DNA of 64,000 bases from Paecilomyces variotii (GCA_004022145.1 RCNU01000001.1); one strand, 5' to 3'. Shown: positions 1 through 14,295, counted from the first letter of the stretch. The notes: generated by a model from the letters alone, not told the origin. Translations and numbers: made by a program.

Positions 1-761
1 AGCAAATGGTATAAGGTGCCCAGCAACAACCATGGACGATTTCAACCTTCACTGCCAACACATAGTTCAAATGAGAGAATCATCTTTGAAGTGATACGCG
101 TCCCAGCCAGAGCTGATGAGTGGGTTTCCTAGTGCCCGCGTTTTAGCGTACAAGGATTCAGTTGTCCCTGACGGACACTAATTAGTTACCAGACAACACT
201 GACATCAAGAGGTTGTGCCCGTCGGATCGGGCTTTTATCGTCCACCATTCTTGGAAGAACTCCCAATGCCACACAGATAGATCTCTCACCTTCTTTTATA
301 CTGTTTGAACACACACTAGTTCTTCTTTTCTTCGTCCTTGTCTTTGATTCAAATAGACTGTTCATCTCAGTATCCTTACGTATCTGCATCCTGCCCGTCC
401 AGGGCCGGGCGACACATGGTGCCGTGCACTCTTGGTTATCGCCCCGACGACGCAATATAATGTTTATCTATGCAGAAACAGCGTAACGGTCCATAATATA
501 TCGCACTAGTACGAATGCAAGCTTGGAAGCTTGGTTCCTTTTGTGGTACGTTGATCTCTGTGGCACGCATTCCAGTCCCGCTCCGCATGCTGCTCTTGGT
601 CCCTTCTTTGCCAATTTGATCGCTCCCCAGGATTCCCGGAAGCTCGAATGAGAATCGTCAGGAATCTGGACTGGCAGACATCTATCATCAGCCTGCTGCG
701 TCATTTCCTACTCGTACCTCCGTGTCTTGGTTCCCTTGATCTCTGTTCTCCTCCATAGCAA

Positions 762-1881
762 ATGGTTTTCATGGCCCGCTTCAGGCGGGGAAGGAGAGAG
801 CCCAATGTCAGTGAGACAGTTATTAACTCGAAAATCGTTGTATCGGCAATTCCAGACGTCCCTCGAGTGAACCTACCGCATGTCGAAACCTACTTGAACA
901 TGCACCAACACAACGGTCTCTTTGGAGAAACTACTCCTGAGCAGCAGAATGGTTCCGCAGTCGATCCCTCATCAGGTCTGTAATACCGTTGACGAATAGT
1001 CTATACTTCCCACGAGAGCAACGACCCGCTGACGAACAATATGTTCTGCAGGCACCGATGACACTAGCCTTTCTCCCACCGCCGCTGCTAATACACATGG
1101 CGACACTGCCGCACCAGAGTGGTCCTCTGCTGTTGGACATGCGGCAACTGGAAAGTCTGGTCGTGTGATACACAACCTGCAGGAGGATATTGCACGCCTG
1201 ACGAGGGAATGCAGCCTATACCGGTCCCGAGCCGAAGAGGCCCAGCGGAATAATGAAGCGCTCAAGACACAACTACAAAATATGACGGAACGTGTCCGGA
1301 ATCTGGAGCTCTCCCACGAGGCGAATCTACATTCTATTTCGCGGAAAGATAGGAAGATCGAGGAGCTGAGGAGTGAATTACAAAGCGAGAGAGACAGACG
1401 GGAGAACGCGGAGGGAGAGACACGCAAGATTCATCAGATTATGGCGGATTCTCGCGACGACTTCAACCGCAAGTGCGCAGAACTCCAGGAGATAGCGAAC
1501 TACTCCCAGACGCAGTATGACGTCCTCGCGAAATCCGGAAAGCGAGACAAGGCAGAAACGCAGAAGAAGCTGAACAGTATCCGGGAGGATTTTGCGGATC
1601 TTCAACGCCAAAATGACGAGAAAGATATTCAACTCCAGCGACTAGATGTTATAATGGCCCAGAAGAACCGAGAGATTGAGACCGCTACAGAGCGTACACA
1701 GCAACTCCTTGAGTCATATGAAGCCTATAGGAAGGAGAATGACCAAGAACTGAGAGGATTGATCGAGAAGGGCCATCAGAAGGATAAGATTATCGATGAG
1801 GCGCTTGCTTCGCTCAAAGAGACCGAAGCAAAAATGAAATGGACCATCCAGGTCAAAAAAGAGGTTAAGGGAGCCGAATGA
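762..1881 (+). CDS. Coiled-coil protein, She3-like (SWI5-dependent HO expression protein 3-like)
   Basis: ATG at 762; intron 976-1051 (GT, GCTGAC branch, CAG) joins in frame to ORF 1165-1881. Motif EWSSAVGHAATGKSGRVIHNLQ is followed by a long heptad coiled coil. Confidence 0.65.
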
Positions 1882-3141
1882 ACAGAGTGGAAGAATCTCC
1901 GTTGAATTGGGATTCCGTTCCCTAAACCTTATTTCGCCCTTTTTACTGTGTGACCAATATCGACAAAGTGTTGGCTCCGTTGGTACCATCCTTCTCATAA
2001 TACATTATCATCACCACTGAGTCGTCAGGCTTGGCGCGCGGTCCGAACAATGCTATGGAGTTCGACCGATGCTTTATCCACAATTGTGGACACGAAGGAG
2101 TTTTTTTGAACATTATACGCAAACTCTATCGACCGTTCAATTCTTGTATAGATGACCCTTTGGCGAGGGCCGTTTGCAATGTTTACCAGACCCAAACAAC
2201 TCTGCGCCTCATACATATTGATATTCGAATCCCTTACAATTATGACCCCAGACATGCGACTAATGACGATCATGAGCGGGAAGCTTCATATGGATGGGGG
2301 GCTTCTCTTCCAGATAGAGGGAAGGTGTACATAGGGCGGGGAGCATGCAATATTCCGGTCTTTTGTCTGAAGTCTGCATTGCTGGTGTTGTTTGAAATAC
2401 CTCTGGCGTCGCGTCTTTCCTCATCATTGCCATGTCTCGATTTGACTGGCAGCATCTATGTAAGGCCATAATGTTGGCTGGCGAATCGCGAGAATAGCAG
2501 AGTACCGTATACCCAATTGAACATAATGCATAAAATGGACATATATATTTCGTTGTGGTAGATAGACGACCGAATTCGACTCCGAAGAGACGAGGATGGA
2601 AGTCTGCCAGGGTGCCTGGGCCTTCCGCATTGTTGGTCTAATTGGATAGATATTCTAAAGAAAAAGACCCAACTCCAGCGGTACTTGTTTGCTATCAGCT
2701 ATAGGAATTGCTGGATATATCAGGCCGAGCAAGTAATCCACCTTTCCTCATACGATTTTATCTTTATCCACTGTAGCAAGGATAATCTGGTCGAGGGGCT
2801 GCGGCAATTTTGGAGGATTCTCATGTCAATATTGATATAATCCACAGACAAGAATAAAGGCCAAGATCATCATTGAAGATGTATAAACTAGTGAATTATT
2901 TACCAAGAGATCGAATTGATTCTCAAGGGGTTTCCCTTTACTTTTTGATATATTGGTGGGTGGTGATCAAGGGCTAGTCGCGGATTATGCGTGAATCCGC
3001 ATCTCAGTGCCGTCACCGTCAGGCTTCTTTCACCATTTTTTCATTTGTGTATTGTTGTTAATAACGAGGAATCCGCATTAACTGCACGCCTGGTTGGACA
3101 TCTCCTGTGTCTTCACGTTTGACCCCGCTTTTGCTCCTATA

Positions 3142-6100
3142 ATGCCGGATGCGTGGTCATTCTTTTCTCTTTCACTTTCTTCCCACGTCATAAGCGAATT
3201 CTCCGATCATCAACGCCCACTTCTTCATATGATATTGAATGGGGACACGTGGGGGTAGGAGGACTGATACACTTTTAAAGGATACCTTGGTTGCTGACCT
3301 CCAGGAACCCGTGATCGAGACCTTTGGCATATCCCATCCTACGTTAGGCACGACTGGCATCATCGAGGTGACCAGAGGACATCCAACGAGCAGCGCCTTT
3401 AACTTCGATAACTGTTCTCCCTTCATTGCGCTCTAGACTGGGAGCTCCGATTCACCACTGGTGTGGAAGACTGCTACTAGCAGATCCCCCAGCTGGAACG
3501 GTTGCATCTTTGATCAAGATAATTGAGAGTGTTACTACGGCCATGGAAGCCAAGCAGAGGCTTACCGTAGCCTCGACCTGGCTCTTTGAGGATACAGGTG
3601 TAAGTTTGCGCTCGAGTATTTTGTTATGATATCCGCAGAAACCAGTGCTAAAAGACGATCCGAATTTAGGTACACGAGATACGTGAAAGTTATAAGTGCG
3701 TGCATTGTGACTATGACCACATCGTTTCCAATAGCTTACGTTATTTAGGTCGGATATTCTCGTTGCTGGAGATACTGTTGAGTATGCATCTGACGACGAG
3801 GTTGGTAGAGCCCCGTTTGACAATGGTTTCAACGTATGGTCTGATGACTTTTATACAGGCTTTCGTCATTAAGACGAATGACATCGATAAGTCAACGTCC
3901 AAGTTCGGCAACTTGATGCCTGATTTCATTGATGAGCAGAGGAATAAAGACCTACTGGACGTACGTCTCTCACAATCAGTGTAAATGGAAAATGTGTTGC
4001 TGAGATTGACACGAAACAGGTGCCTCGGGTTCGTCGGATCGAAGTATCAGACATAGTTGATATAGATGGTATTGAAAGCCATGAGAGCACGCCGGAAAAG
4101 AACCGCAGAGAAACGCTGTTGGAATTCGAAAACGACTCCGACCAGGAGACCGTATCTGTTCCGAACATTCGCTGCACCAGGTACTGGCTTTCTGCAAACG
4201 GGGGCCTTGGTTGTTTTGAGTGTGCATTTGAGGATATCCTAGCGGAAGTTGCCCGCCTTACGGGAACAGATATATCTGTCAAGGATGATATCAAACGTAT
4301 CCAGGTGTCAGGCAACAACGAGGATGACGTTGATGACGCCTTAGAGAAGCTTTCCAGAATCGAGAAACCACTGGTGAGTGCGAAGCTCGCCCATTTGCTT
4401 TGAGGTAATATATGCTTGCATACTAACACTTCCTAGTCGCTTGCTGCACGTCCTAGAATAGCACATATCCTACAAGCCCCGGAGGAAGATGGTGTTCGCT
4501 TCCGCATTGCAAATTGCAGCACCATCAATGAAGTATCATTACGTCGCATCCTTGCTGACCCTATGGCGAATATGGCTTCGAGACTTCGCCAGATGTTCAT
4601 CACCTTACTTCTGAACTTCGATAGCGAGACTCAACAATACGTTTTACCCGACAACATCAACGCGCCAACCCCATGCACAAGTCAACCTGGACGATCACGT
4701 ATCTGGCAGGACTTCAAATTCCAGGAGATAGGAAACGGAGAAAGTTACATTTCCATTGAAGCAGAAGCAGAGAAGGAGGCCGCAGCAAAGATGGGGTCCT
4801 GCGATACTGATATAGAGAGCAAAGATTCCGCGTCGGACATAGCAGCCGAAGTCCCAGCGATCGAGCATCCATACTTGACTGAACAGCAGGTAAAGGAAGT
4901 CGGGAAATGGGTTTCTGAGGGGTTGAAGAAGGGTGCTGTTGGAGTAGCTGCGAAACAAGAGATGGTACAAATACCGAAGCCAGCCAAAGATATCGAACGC
5001 GGCGGCCAGGCATTTACACCGGAACCCAAGAAAGTGGCTGGTATAAAAACACGGAGACCACTTATTGAAAACCAGCCTCTGATCTCAGGCAACGATGTAC
5101 AAAGTGATAAACTCGTGAAGACAGTTCCCAGTACCGAGTCTTCAGATTTACATCCACTTGAGAAGCAAGGTATATCGGAATCATCGGATAATGGCCGCAG
5201 AAGATGGGTCATGACCTACGACGCGGGTGAAAATCAACCAGCATTGACCTCATATCAGGAGAATGATGAGAATAAGCAGTCGAACCAAATGGGAATAACA
5301 GGCCAATATGACGTTGACATTCCTGCAAACCGACTCATACCAGAAACACCAGAACGATTGGTCTACGTTTCTGGTATCAAGTTCCCATCAAACTTTGACA
5401 GGAACAAGTATGGGTCACCTGGAAAGAGCTCTGGGACAGAGAGGGGCAGAACTCCGGATAGAGACACCCCGAACGCTTCGAAGGGCGAGAAGTCTCTGAA
5501 ATCAATGCGATTAATCGATATTGATAGTCCTCCCGACACGAGTTTATTGCCGAGTGGCCAGCCTATCTTATCTTTCGACCAGCCGGCGCTCATACCTGGA
5601 CCGAGCGAGAGCGCAGCGACAATTGACCCATTTATCACGAAAACGGTCGACGATGATGCTGAGCAGGAGAAAAGCCTATCCGACTATGAGACGGCTCCCT
5701 CAGAATCTCGAATCTCTGAAACGGCACCCAAGACTGAATCCGACAACTTGAGCACGACACGAATTCTGGAACTCAGGAATGCACTTGCAACTCAAGAACT
5801 GGAAGAGGACCTAGATGCAGTTTCAGTAGCATTCTCTTCACTAAGGCCCTGCAGCCTGGCGAATATGATGTACAAGGAAAGATTGGCGGACCTCGAAAAA
5901 GCTAATAAGAAAGAGAACGAACAATTGGCAGAGGAACGCACTACGAGACAGTTTCGCCGCACAATGGGCCATAGAGCACCGAAGCCTAGTACTGCATCAT
6001 CAAGCAAAGCGGCAATCAAAGCCAAGAGACAAGCCACGCTGGAAGATGCGTGGGGAGTCAGTTCTACCTTTGGCAGGAAGACTGATGTGACTGCCACGGT

Positions 6101-7559
6101 AAATGAGAAGACACCGGCAAAGAAGAAGCGCCAGGAGGCTGAACCTCTTAGCCTTAGAGAAAAGACGAAGAATGCCGAATCCGATAGGAAAACGGCAGAC
6201 ACGTTGAAGCAGCTCTTCAACGCTCTTCAGCCAACTCTGGACGCCGCTCAATCGTTTCCAGGGAAGCTCTCACTTGAGATGCAAGTAGGTTTGATATTGA
6301 TACCGCTTCTTCCGAAGACCTATAAAGGGGATTTGATTTCGGGCGATGAATGGAACAAAATATTCAATCCGAGAGCTGGAGTCTTTGCACCAAGTACGAA
6401 CTTCGTCCAGAGAGTTACTTCATCTGGAACGGATGTGGATCATATAGTGGATCTCAAGACCTCCAAAGATGAAGGGAAGCAACGCCTATTTGAACAAGAG
6501 TACACGGATTATTCTGTGGTATACGAGTACCATTGTCGGACCAAGAATGACCAAGCTGTCATTCTCGTCATTGATGAAGCTGGAAACATCACCGTTAGGA
6601 AACCGGCTGTTACTCTTGGAGCAGTCAATCTTCACTTCCCTGATCATGTTTGGGATATGAACGTGGTAGTTTCAGGGTTTACGGAGCAAGTCCACGGCTC
6701 TGACAAGGAGCTTGACCGAGCGATTCGCCATATTACCGAAAACCTCTGGATCCCACCAGATAGGTCTCTTCTCAGAATCTACACTCGAATCCCGGAGGGA
6801 AATGAGCTCAACGTTGATAAGGTTCTGATGAAGCGTTCTACCCTTCACCGGTCCTTGCGGTCTCAGAGTGATACCAAGCAGAAGAAGCATGGACCCCAGA
6901 CTCAGACGGAGGACTTCAACTGCGGGGAGGAAAACAAACAAGACGTCTTCCTGAAGATCACGGAGGTCCAGGATCTCTGGACCGGTGTCACCCCTGCAGA
7001 TAACCGTGCCCTCCGCGCTCGCTGTGGACCACCGAATGAGATGATCGAGAAAGGGAGACTGTGGCACGAAGTCTCCATCGTCAGTCCTACCATGGAGAAC
7101 GTCTTAAACTCTAATTCCAGCCTCGAGGTAGGCGAATGTACCCAAGACTGGTCTCCTATCGACCTCATGGGCAACGAAGCCCACATCGTGCTCCCAGGTC
7201 GTGCAAAGGAACGTAACGCAGACAGTAAGAATTGCGCGCAAACCCCTAGTCCCATTGCAGCCGCCATTGGATCAGCAGGAATTGCTGAGATGTTCCGCGT
7301 CGCCAGCACTGTCGTGCAGAAGATGGACAGTGTTGGCTTTTGGAACATGGGCCCGGGTATCGATGCAGCGAAAAAGGCAGCTGGATTTGAAGTGTTGTTT
7401 TCAACAAACACTTTCTTTGCAGGCACTTTAACCGGCGCTCCCAGTATGTCCATGGTTAAAGCAGACCCCAAGGGAAGGAACTTCGAGGATCTGGAAAGCG
7501 TCAAGGAAATGGACAGCGCAAGCGTGGCAGGAGAAAGAGAGGTATTGGAATTCTGGTGA
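3142..7559 (+). CDS. Large multi-exon hypothetical protein: KH-like segment, disordered middle, globular C-terminal domain (5' end uncertain)
   Basis: 998-aa ORF 4563-7559 preceded by spliceable exons (4020-4374, intron about 4375-4436; further GT/AG signals at 3280-4019). Start is only a guess: ATG 3142 or 3239. Confidence 0.6.
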
Positions 7560-8083
7560 TTTTGTTGTTTCAGAATGACTTTCCTTTCATTTTCTTTCGG
7601 GACTCCTATTCGCTCCGCTCATTTTCTATTTTTTTTTTTTCTTCTGATACTCACTTCTCCCCATATCTGCTCGTCAATAGCGGGCTCTTGACTACGCCAT
7701 CTTCACTACGGCGGATACAGATTCCCCTGAGGCTGAGCTGGGTTATTCATAACCGTTACTTTCCAACCTCCCCCCTCACTTTTCATGTATGATACCAGAA
7801 CTCCGCCTGATAATACTGCCTAAGTAGAATGAAGAACATTTTGTCTCCCCTCGAGTTCTAAGTAGCAACAATATATGGTAGGAGGCGCACACTACGTGAT
7901 GACAGAAGGAAAAACTGGAGATACTATGTCAATTTAACTTTTCAGATTCCAGAAAACGAAAATGTAATAGGTACAGTATCTATGAAAGTCCCTATGCAAC
8001 ACGAAAAGGCCATGCAAAGAATCCACGTGAAGAAATATGCAATATTTACCCTCCAGATGGGTACGATGACCCCGGTAAATCAT

Positions 8084-11000
8084 TTAATCCTCATTCTCTG
8101 GCTCGTCATCCACTTCGCGAAGCCATGCTCCACGCGCATCAACGGCAGCCTTTCGCACGTCACGTTTGGGATCATCAAGAATTAAGCCGAGAGAACGCAC
8201 GACTTGGTTCTTCACAGGCAGTAGAGGGGAAACCTTTCCTGCTTTCGCGACAGCGGGAGCATCTCCGGGTGTATGAGCGAGGAGATAGAGACATCGAAGG
8301 GCCTGGGCGCGGAGTTTATGATTATTTGCCGGTTGACCCGGGACGTATTCCGCAGTCTTTAGCAGTCTGGTCACCAGACTTTGAACGTGGCCGCTGTCGT
8401 CGATGACACGGACGCCGTTTTCGCGGATGATAACGGCAAGCGTTTCAAGCGTAGCGGCTTTCACGGGTTGAGAAGCTGCGTCTTCGAGGTCCAAGCTTTG
8501 CAAGAGAAGAGGAAGCAGTGTTGGGAGTTCTGGCATTACGAGTGATGGTGGAATAGTGGATAGGATGCCAGATAAAGCCGTCAAATAGGCTGGCTTGATG
8601 TGCGTGTGAGATGCAGAGTCACCATCCGAAGTGTTGAGAGCTCGGATATTAGAAGAGATCAACGGTGTGACGGTGGTGAAAACGCGCTGTTTGGAGAGCA
8701 ACCTAATGTTTGCTCCATTATCCGTCGATAGTACGTCGTCAGAACCGAGCAGCAGAGCGAAGCTGCGGGCTGCCGTAGTGCTTGTAGTTTGATCGGATGA
8801 GGAGAGGAGGGATAAGAGAGACGTGAGTATTTCTGTTGTGGTCGGTGCCAGTCTCAGCACCAGAGCTTTTGAAAGCCAAAAGATAGTCTTGATTTTCTCG
8901 GGATCAAGTCTCTTGTCTTCTGTCTCAGAAGGCAAGAGTGAGTTAAGTATGTCGGATGCAAGCGGGAGCTGTGTGTTTGGAAGGAATTTATTGACCAGAA
9001 GAGCGAGTTGGCGGAGAAGAGCAAGACGAATTGCTGGCTCACGTTCAGACACAGCAAGCTTAACCAGCTCGCGCAGTAGTGACGACATATCTGGGTTGGT
9101 GTATGGTATATTTTTAGAGTCTTTCGGGAGCCCTGCAAGAAGATAGGTTGACAGGATCATGGTACGGCGGTAGTCATCGCTTGTCGTTTCAGCAAAAGGA
9201 ACTGGCTTGAATATTTCAGCCGAATTGAAGAGTGTGTACACGTTCTCCGCAACTTCTTCCTGCTTGCCTCTAGGAAGGGCACTGACTATGAGATTCGAAA
9301 GCCTTCCTAGGGTGTCGAGGACGCCTGCATCGTTCAATATCCTATTTGGGACCTTTCCGGATGCTGCAGAAGCTGCTTTGCGACAAAGACCAACAGTGAT
9401 TCTTTCGTAATAAGACCCCAAGTTCTGGTCTTCCTGCAGTTTTCTCTTGCCCATGACATAAAGTATTGTTAACAGGAGTGCTCTCGGGTAAGTAACCGAA
9501 CCTGGCTCTTCCCGCTGTAGCAAAAGATCGAACTTGTTAAGTAGCCTGCGTACAAGAGTCTCGAAGATGTCTTTCTCGACACTGATTTGAGCCAGGCTCT
9601 CCAGCGTGATCATGTACTCAGTTTTCGTGTCTTCGGCATAGTCAGGAAGCGTTGCGACGAAGGCGGGGAATGTAATATCCATGATCAATCTTGGCTTATA
9701 CTTCGAGATCTCCGCTAGAGCAGCGATGGCTTCTTTTTTCAGGTCGTCCCGACCAACAGACTCTTCTTTTAATAAGATTTCGTCAAGATATTGTACGAAC
9801 AGACCGATCTCATTGTCTTGAAAGAACTTGCGAAGGGTAGATAGACGCAAGAGTCCCTTCAGTGCGGTAACTCGAAATGAGACCTCTTCCTTCGCTGTGC
9901 CCATTAATGCTTGACTAAGGACCTCCGACAGCTGGTCCTGGAAGGCAGCCAGGGGGTTTTCGAATACAACCTCCGGATCACGGCTTGTCCATGTCCCGAA
10001 TATGTCGATAGCGGAGTCGAAAAGCGCCACAAATGTCTCTAAAAGCCCTCTTTGTTTCGTGATGCTGTCTGCCTCCTGATAGACAGTGAATAGAGGAGCC
10101 ACCACAGCTTGCACCATCAGAATAAAGGAAACGGCTGATGCTGACGACAATGATCTCAAGATTTGTCGTCCTGGTTTTGCTTGCTTTTGCTGAGGCTCTC
10201 TCAGCTGTTCATTGCACTCCTTGTTAATCGGCTGCAAGAAGTGCGCGAGAGGAAGCTCTTGAGAAACTTGCGTTACACCTTCAGAAAGTCGCTTCGCAAT
10301 AGCCTGTAGAACTTGAAGCGATGATTCCGAAAGGAATTCTTCCTGGGCATTAAAAATCTCAAACTTGAGAGCTTCCCAGATCTTGATGGAGAACCTTGAT
10401 ACTGTATTTGGATCATACGAACGCACACAGGCAAGCAGAGCGTTAAGGGCATCTTTCTGTATCTATGTCAGAGACGATAGAGGAAGCTTGAAAAGAATTG
10501 TAGCGCATACCTTGACATTCGGGGACGTAGAGTCCAACTTGTCAAGTAAAGCAGGAAATGAGTGAGGAGCAAAGTAGCTATTCGACGAGATACAATCCTG
10601 CAAGCGATCCTTCAAGTCTTGAGCCGTAATTCCGTAGGGGTCATTAGGCGGTGGCCGAAATGTAATCGGGAAATAGTTGTACACGGAATCAAAAAGTGTC
10701 TTTTTTAGTCAGCGTGGGATATTCTTTCAGAGAATATAGGGACAGTACCTCAATATGATTCTTTATATCCCATTCCACCATCACCACCTTCAGTATAGAG
10801 AAAGCGAGCATGAGATTTCGTGGATCCTTTTCTCCAGTCATAAGGTCCACTATCCCAACTAGCGACTCATCACCCATCTCATGCAGGGCTATTCCAGATC
10901 AGTAGGAGCTCCTATAGTGTACAAGCGCAATAGATGACGCACCTTTTCTATGGTTCGACATCAATTCGTTCAGCAATTGATATACCTGGAACCTTTGGGA

Positions 11001-11563
11001 TTGTGGGCGAGCCTGTAGTTCTTGAAAATTCTCAAACATCCTGTAATCTGGTTAGTACATCCTCTTAGATATATGATTACGAAAATGTTTCGCAAATGGA
11101 ATCTCCCGATGGAGACGGCGAGCATCACAGCATAGTGAACAAGTCTACTCACGCTACTGCTACCTCTTGCGCCATATCCTTATTAAACCTATCCAGCCTC
11201 TGGAGGGTATCAAGACCAGCCACTGCGCCGCCATCCTCGATACGATCGCAAAAGAACGTCGTCAAGACCTGAATCTGTTGTCTGGAAAGAAATTTCGGAG
11301 GCAAGGACTTTATGACTGCGGTGAGATATGAGACAGCCTTCCCTCGCAGTATAGGGTCTTCGTCATTTATATATTCTCCCAAGGATTGTACGACGTCCAC
11401 TAAAGATGTCTTCTTGCTCTCAACATCTTGAAAGGCCATTAGTAAGTGGTCTTCCTGTAAGGGGAAAAAAGCGATTCGCACCTTTGGCGGTCTGCTCAGC
11501 AATTCGCTTGGCTTCTTCTTTATCATGGTCCGCGACCAACATAAAGGTCTGCAGGGCTGACAT
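8084..11563 (-). CDS. MMS19: MMS19/MET18, HEAT-repeat cytosolic Fe-S assembly targeting factor
   Basis: MSALQTFMLVADHDKEEA... from ATG 11563. Motifs GEKDPRNLMLAF, YFPITFRPPPNDPYGIT and C-terminal LDDPKRDVRKAAVDAR; several canonical introns. Confidence 0.93.
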
Positions 11564-11799
11564 CTTGCTGACCGAAAGCCGTTACAGGCTCGTGAGGGGC
11601 ACCTAATCCACCTTTGGAGTTGGACATGACGCTTTTGTGGCCGGCGCTGCTACCCTTATCGATAAGATACACGTGATCAAGATCACCTCCACATCACGTG
11701 CAGATTGACGTTGTGACGACAGGCCCCCAGACAGCAAGATAGTCAGATAGCCATCTTGCTTCTACTTGAGACCTATGTCATAGTTAAATTTTAATAACC

Positions 11800-12608
11800 A
11801 TGAAGAGCTATATCCTGACATCTATTGTATTTCTGACATCCACAGCTTGTACTGCATCTGCTATTCTTCCCGTGTCCGTCACAGGCCGAACCCGTCTACC
11901 GCTTCCCGTTATCAACGCCCCTCATCCAGGACACGGAGTTCTCCTTCAGCAGAACAATCATAAACACCAGAACCAGAGGCCCATAATGGGCGCCTCTAAT
12001 CCGGGTATCGGGCCCAATATAGTCGTCCCGCCCTCGACGGCTCCAGACGAGGATGTAAATCCTCCATCGAAATCCAAGCAGAACGATCCAACCTCCAACC
12101 TCATCGTCTCCGATATTCTCTCCAAGACCCGTTCAGTAAATATATTTGCGGGTCTGACTCGAGATTTCGAACCCGTCTCGACGCGCCTTAATGATAAATC
12201 AAAGAACACTACAGTGCTCGCGCCGAAGAACAGTGCCATCCAGGCCCTTCCGCGGAAGCCTTGGGAGGATCCGGAAGACTACGAACGTTTTGGAGAAGTG
12301 GACGCTTACAAGGGGCCAGAAGGAGAGGATCGAGCTCAGAATAACCTGAGGAGGTTTGTAGAGGCGCACCTCGTTCCTGCGAGTCCGTGGAAGGAAGGGG
12401 AAGAAATCGAGACGCTCGGCGGGCGCAAGCTCAGTTGGACCAAAGACGGGGATAAGTTATACGTGAGTATTGTAACATTGATTTTAATAAACAATGCCGG
12501 TGCTAATATCAATAGATCCAACCTGGCAATATCGAAGTGGATAGTGTCGCCTCGCAAGTGTCGAATGGAGAGGTGTGGATTATCAAGGGAGTGGTGAACT
12601 ACCAGTGA
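11800..12608 (+). CDS. Secreted FAS1 (fasciclin) domain protein
   Basis: Signal peptide; TVLAPKNSAI (H1 motif); intron about 12462-12515, then IQPGNIEVDSVASQVSNGEVWIIKGVVNYQ* (H2 motif). Confidence 0.85.
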
Positions 12609-12950
12609 ACAACTGCACGAATGATCATGAGCTTGGAGGAAATGGAGTCAAGGTAGCTTATGGCGTTAATATACACATTATTATTCATTTATTGGCAGGA
12701 CGAACAGCGTCCATTGCGCAGGGAATGTCTATACTCGACTTGATGCAACGGTCTGCTAATGTGCTTGTCTCTACTCTCTGGCGAGGTGTATCTCCCATCT
12801 AATTTTATCTACTACAATCCATTCAAGACAATTCCGCAGACGAAATACTTTGAGCGTCACATCTGCCAAAACTCTATTAACATCCGAGTGACTACATAAC
12901 TCCTGGTAGTGGTCTCTATCAGGACTTGCTAAATCTAGGTATTAATTTCC

Positions 12951-14021
12951 TTACTCCAGGTTGTGTAACAGCCTCTCCTCAATACCGTCGAGGATACAGT
13001 AGTGCTCCATAACTTCCAAATTTTCAGCCTCATTTCGATACATCTTGTCAGGGTCCTGGCCGGGTTGGAAAGGGTTCGCCGCGACAGGATTCATTCCCGC
13101 CATCTGAGCAGCCATTTGGTTGGCAGCTGGAAAGTGATTAGAATGTATACTCCTGAAGGAATTGTCATGTATAAATATCAGTAAACTCACCATTGTCACT
13201 ACCGAGGATAAATCCGAAGACTGACTGGAGACCGAACAGATTCAGGAAGTACCACGAGAGACTGGACACCCATCTCACGTCGAGATCGCGGGTCATGACA
13301 CCAGACTGGAGCATGGACTTGAAACGGATGGTAAGCGGGAATGGCAATTTCACTAGGCAACCGGTTATCAGCACTTTCGTCCAAGCAGGATTCTGCGAAT
13401 ATTCGACATCAGAGACGGCGAACTGAGCACATACAGATGACAAATCCGGAGAAGAAAGCATTGATCCAGCTCATAATCAGCGTTTGAGGAATCATCATCA
13501 TCATATTTCCCTTCATCATCCCCATCATGGCCTCCATGCCTTGTGGATCCGTCATGGGATTCGCCGGCGGCTGTCCGCGATTTTCAGGGTCCTTAAGGAA
13601 AGCTCCACTCTGATAAGCAGCAATAAGATAGTTCTTGCGCACTTCGAAAGATTCTGGCGTAAGAACTGCAGAGGCGTTGGTACGTAGGCTCACGCCGCGA
13701 AAGAGACCAAGACGCTCGCGAGCTTCTTTCAGCGTGGAGGGCGGCTTGGGAGGCGAGTTCATCAAGACAGTGGCATAGTGACGGAGAATACCGGTCAAGA
13801 TCTATCCATACAGAAACAAATATATCAGCCCCGAGACATGATAATGATTCTTAATGTAGAACGTACCATGACTATGGAAATTGGGAATAAGATCCAGTAG
13901 CTATTTCACGGACCCATGTTAGCCATTGCTCCTCGCACAAACTAGATTATGTTTGCTCCAGGGAGACTCACAATAGAGCTGGATCCCGAAGGATCGTCTG
14001 CTCGACCCCTTGGACCGCCAT
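12951..14021 (-). CDS. EMC3: ER membrane protein complex subunit 3
   Basis: [69 protein letters not shown]; spliced exons. Confidence 0.93.
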
Positions 14022-14295
14022 TGCGACTCAGCTGCGGTGGTTTGGTGGAGGGAATAACTTGTTCTGGCGGTTCGAGGTGAGGTTGAAGTCGCCAGTCAAA
14101 GTGAGGGCGGTTAGCGCATATCGCACGCCGCTTTACCGTAGCTGCCCGCGAAGGGGACAGCTCTCCGCAACTCCGCGTCGTCGCAGGTATCGAAGAGCTT
14201 CTCAATCTCGAGCACAGAGATAACGGTTGCTTGCAGTTTTTACCTGATATTTCTTCCTGAGTACTGCATTAGTACTTAGTATATTTGTCTCAACA

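Noticed and set aside
2031-2471. 146-aa ORF downstream of the She3-like gene
   Set aside because: Non-ATG start and no motif; probably 3' UTR or intergenic.
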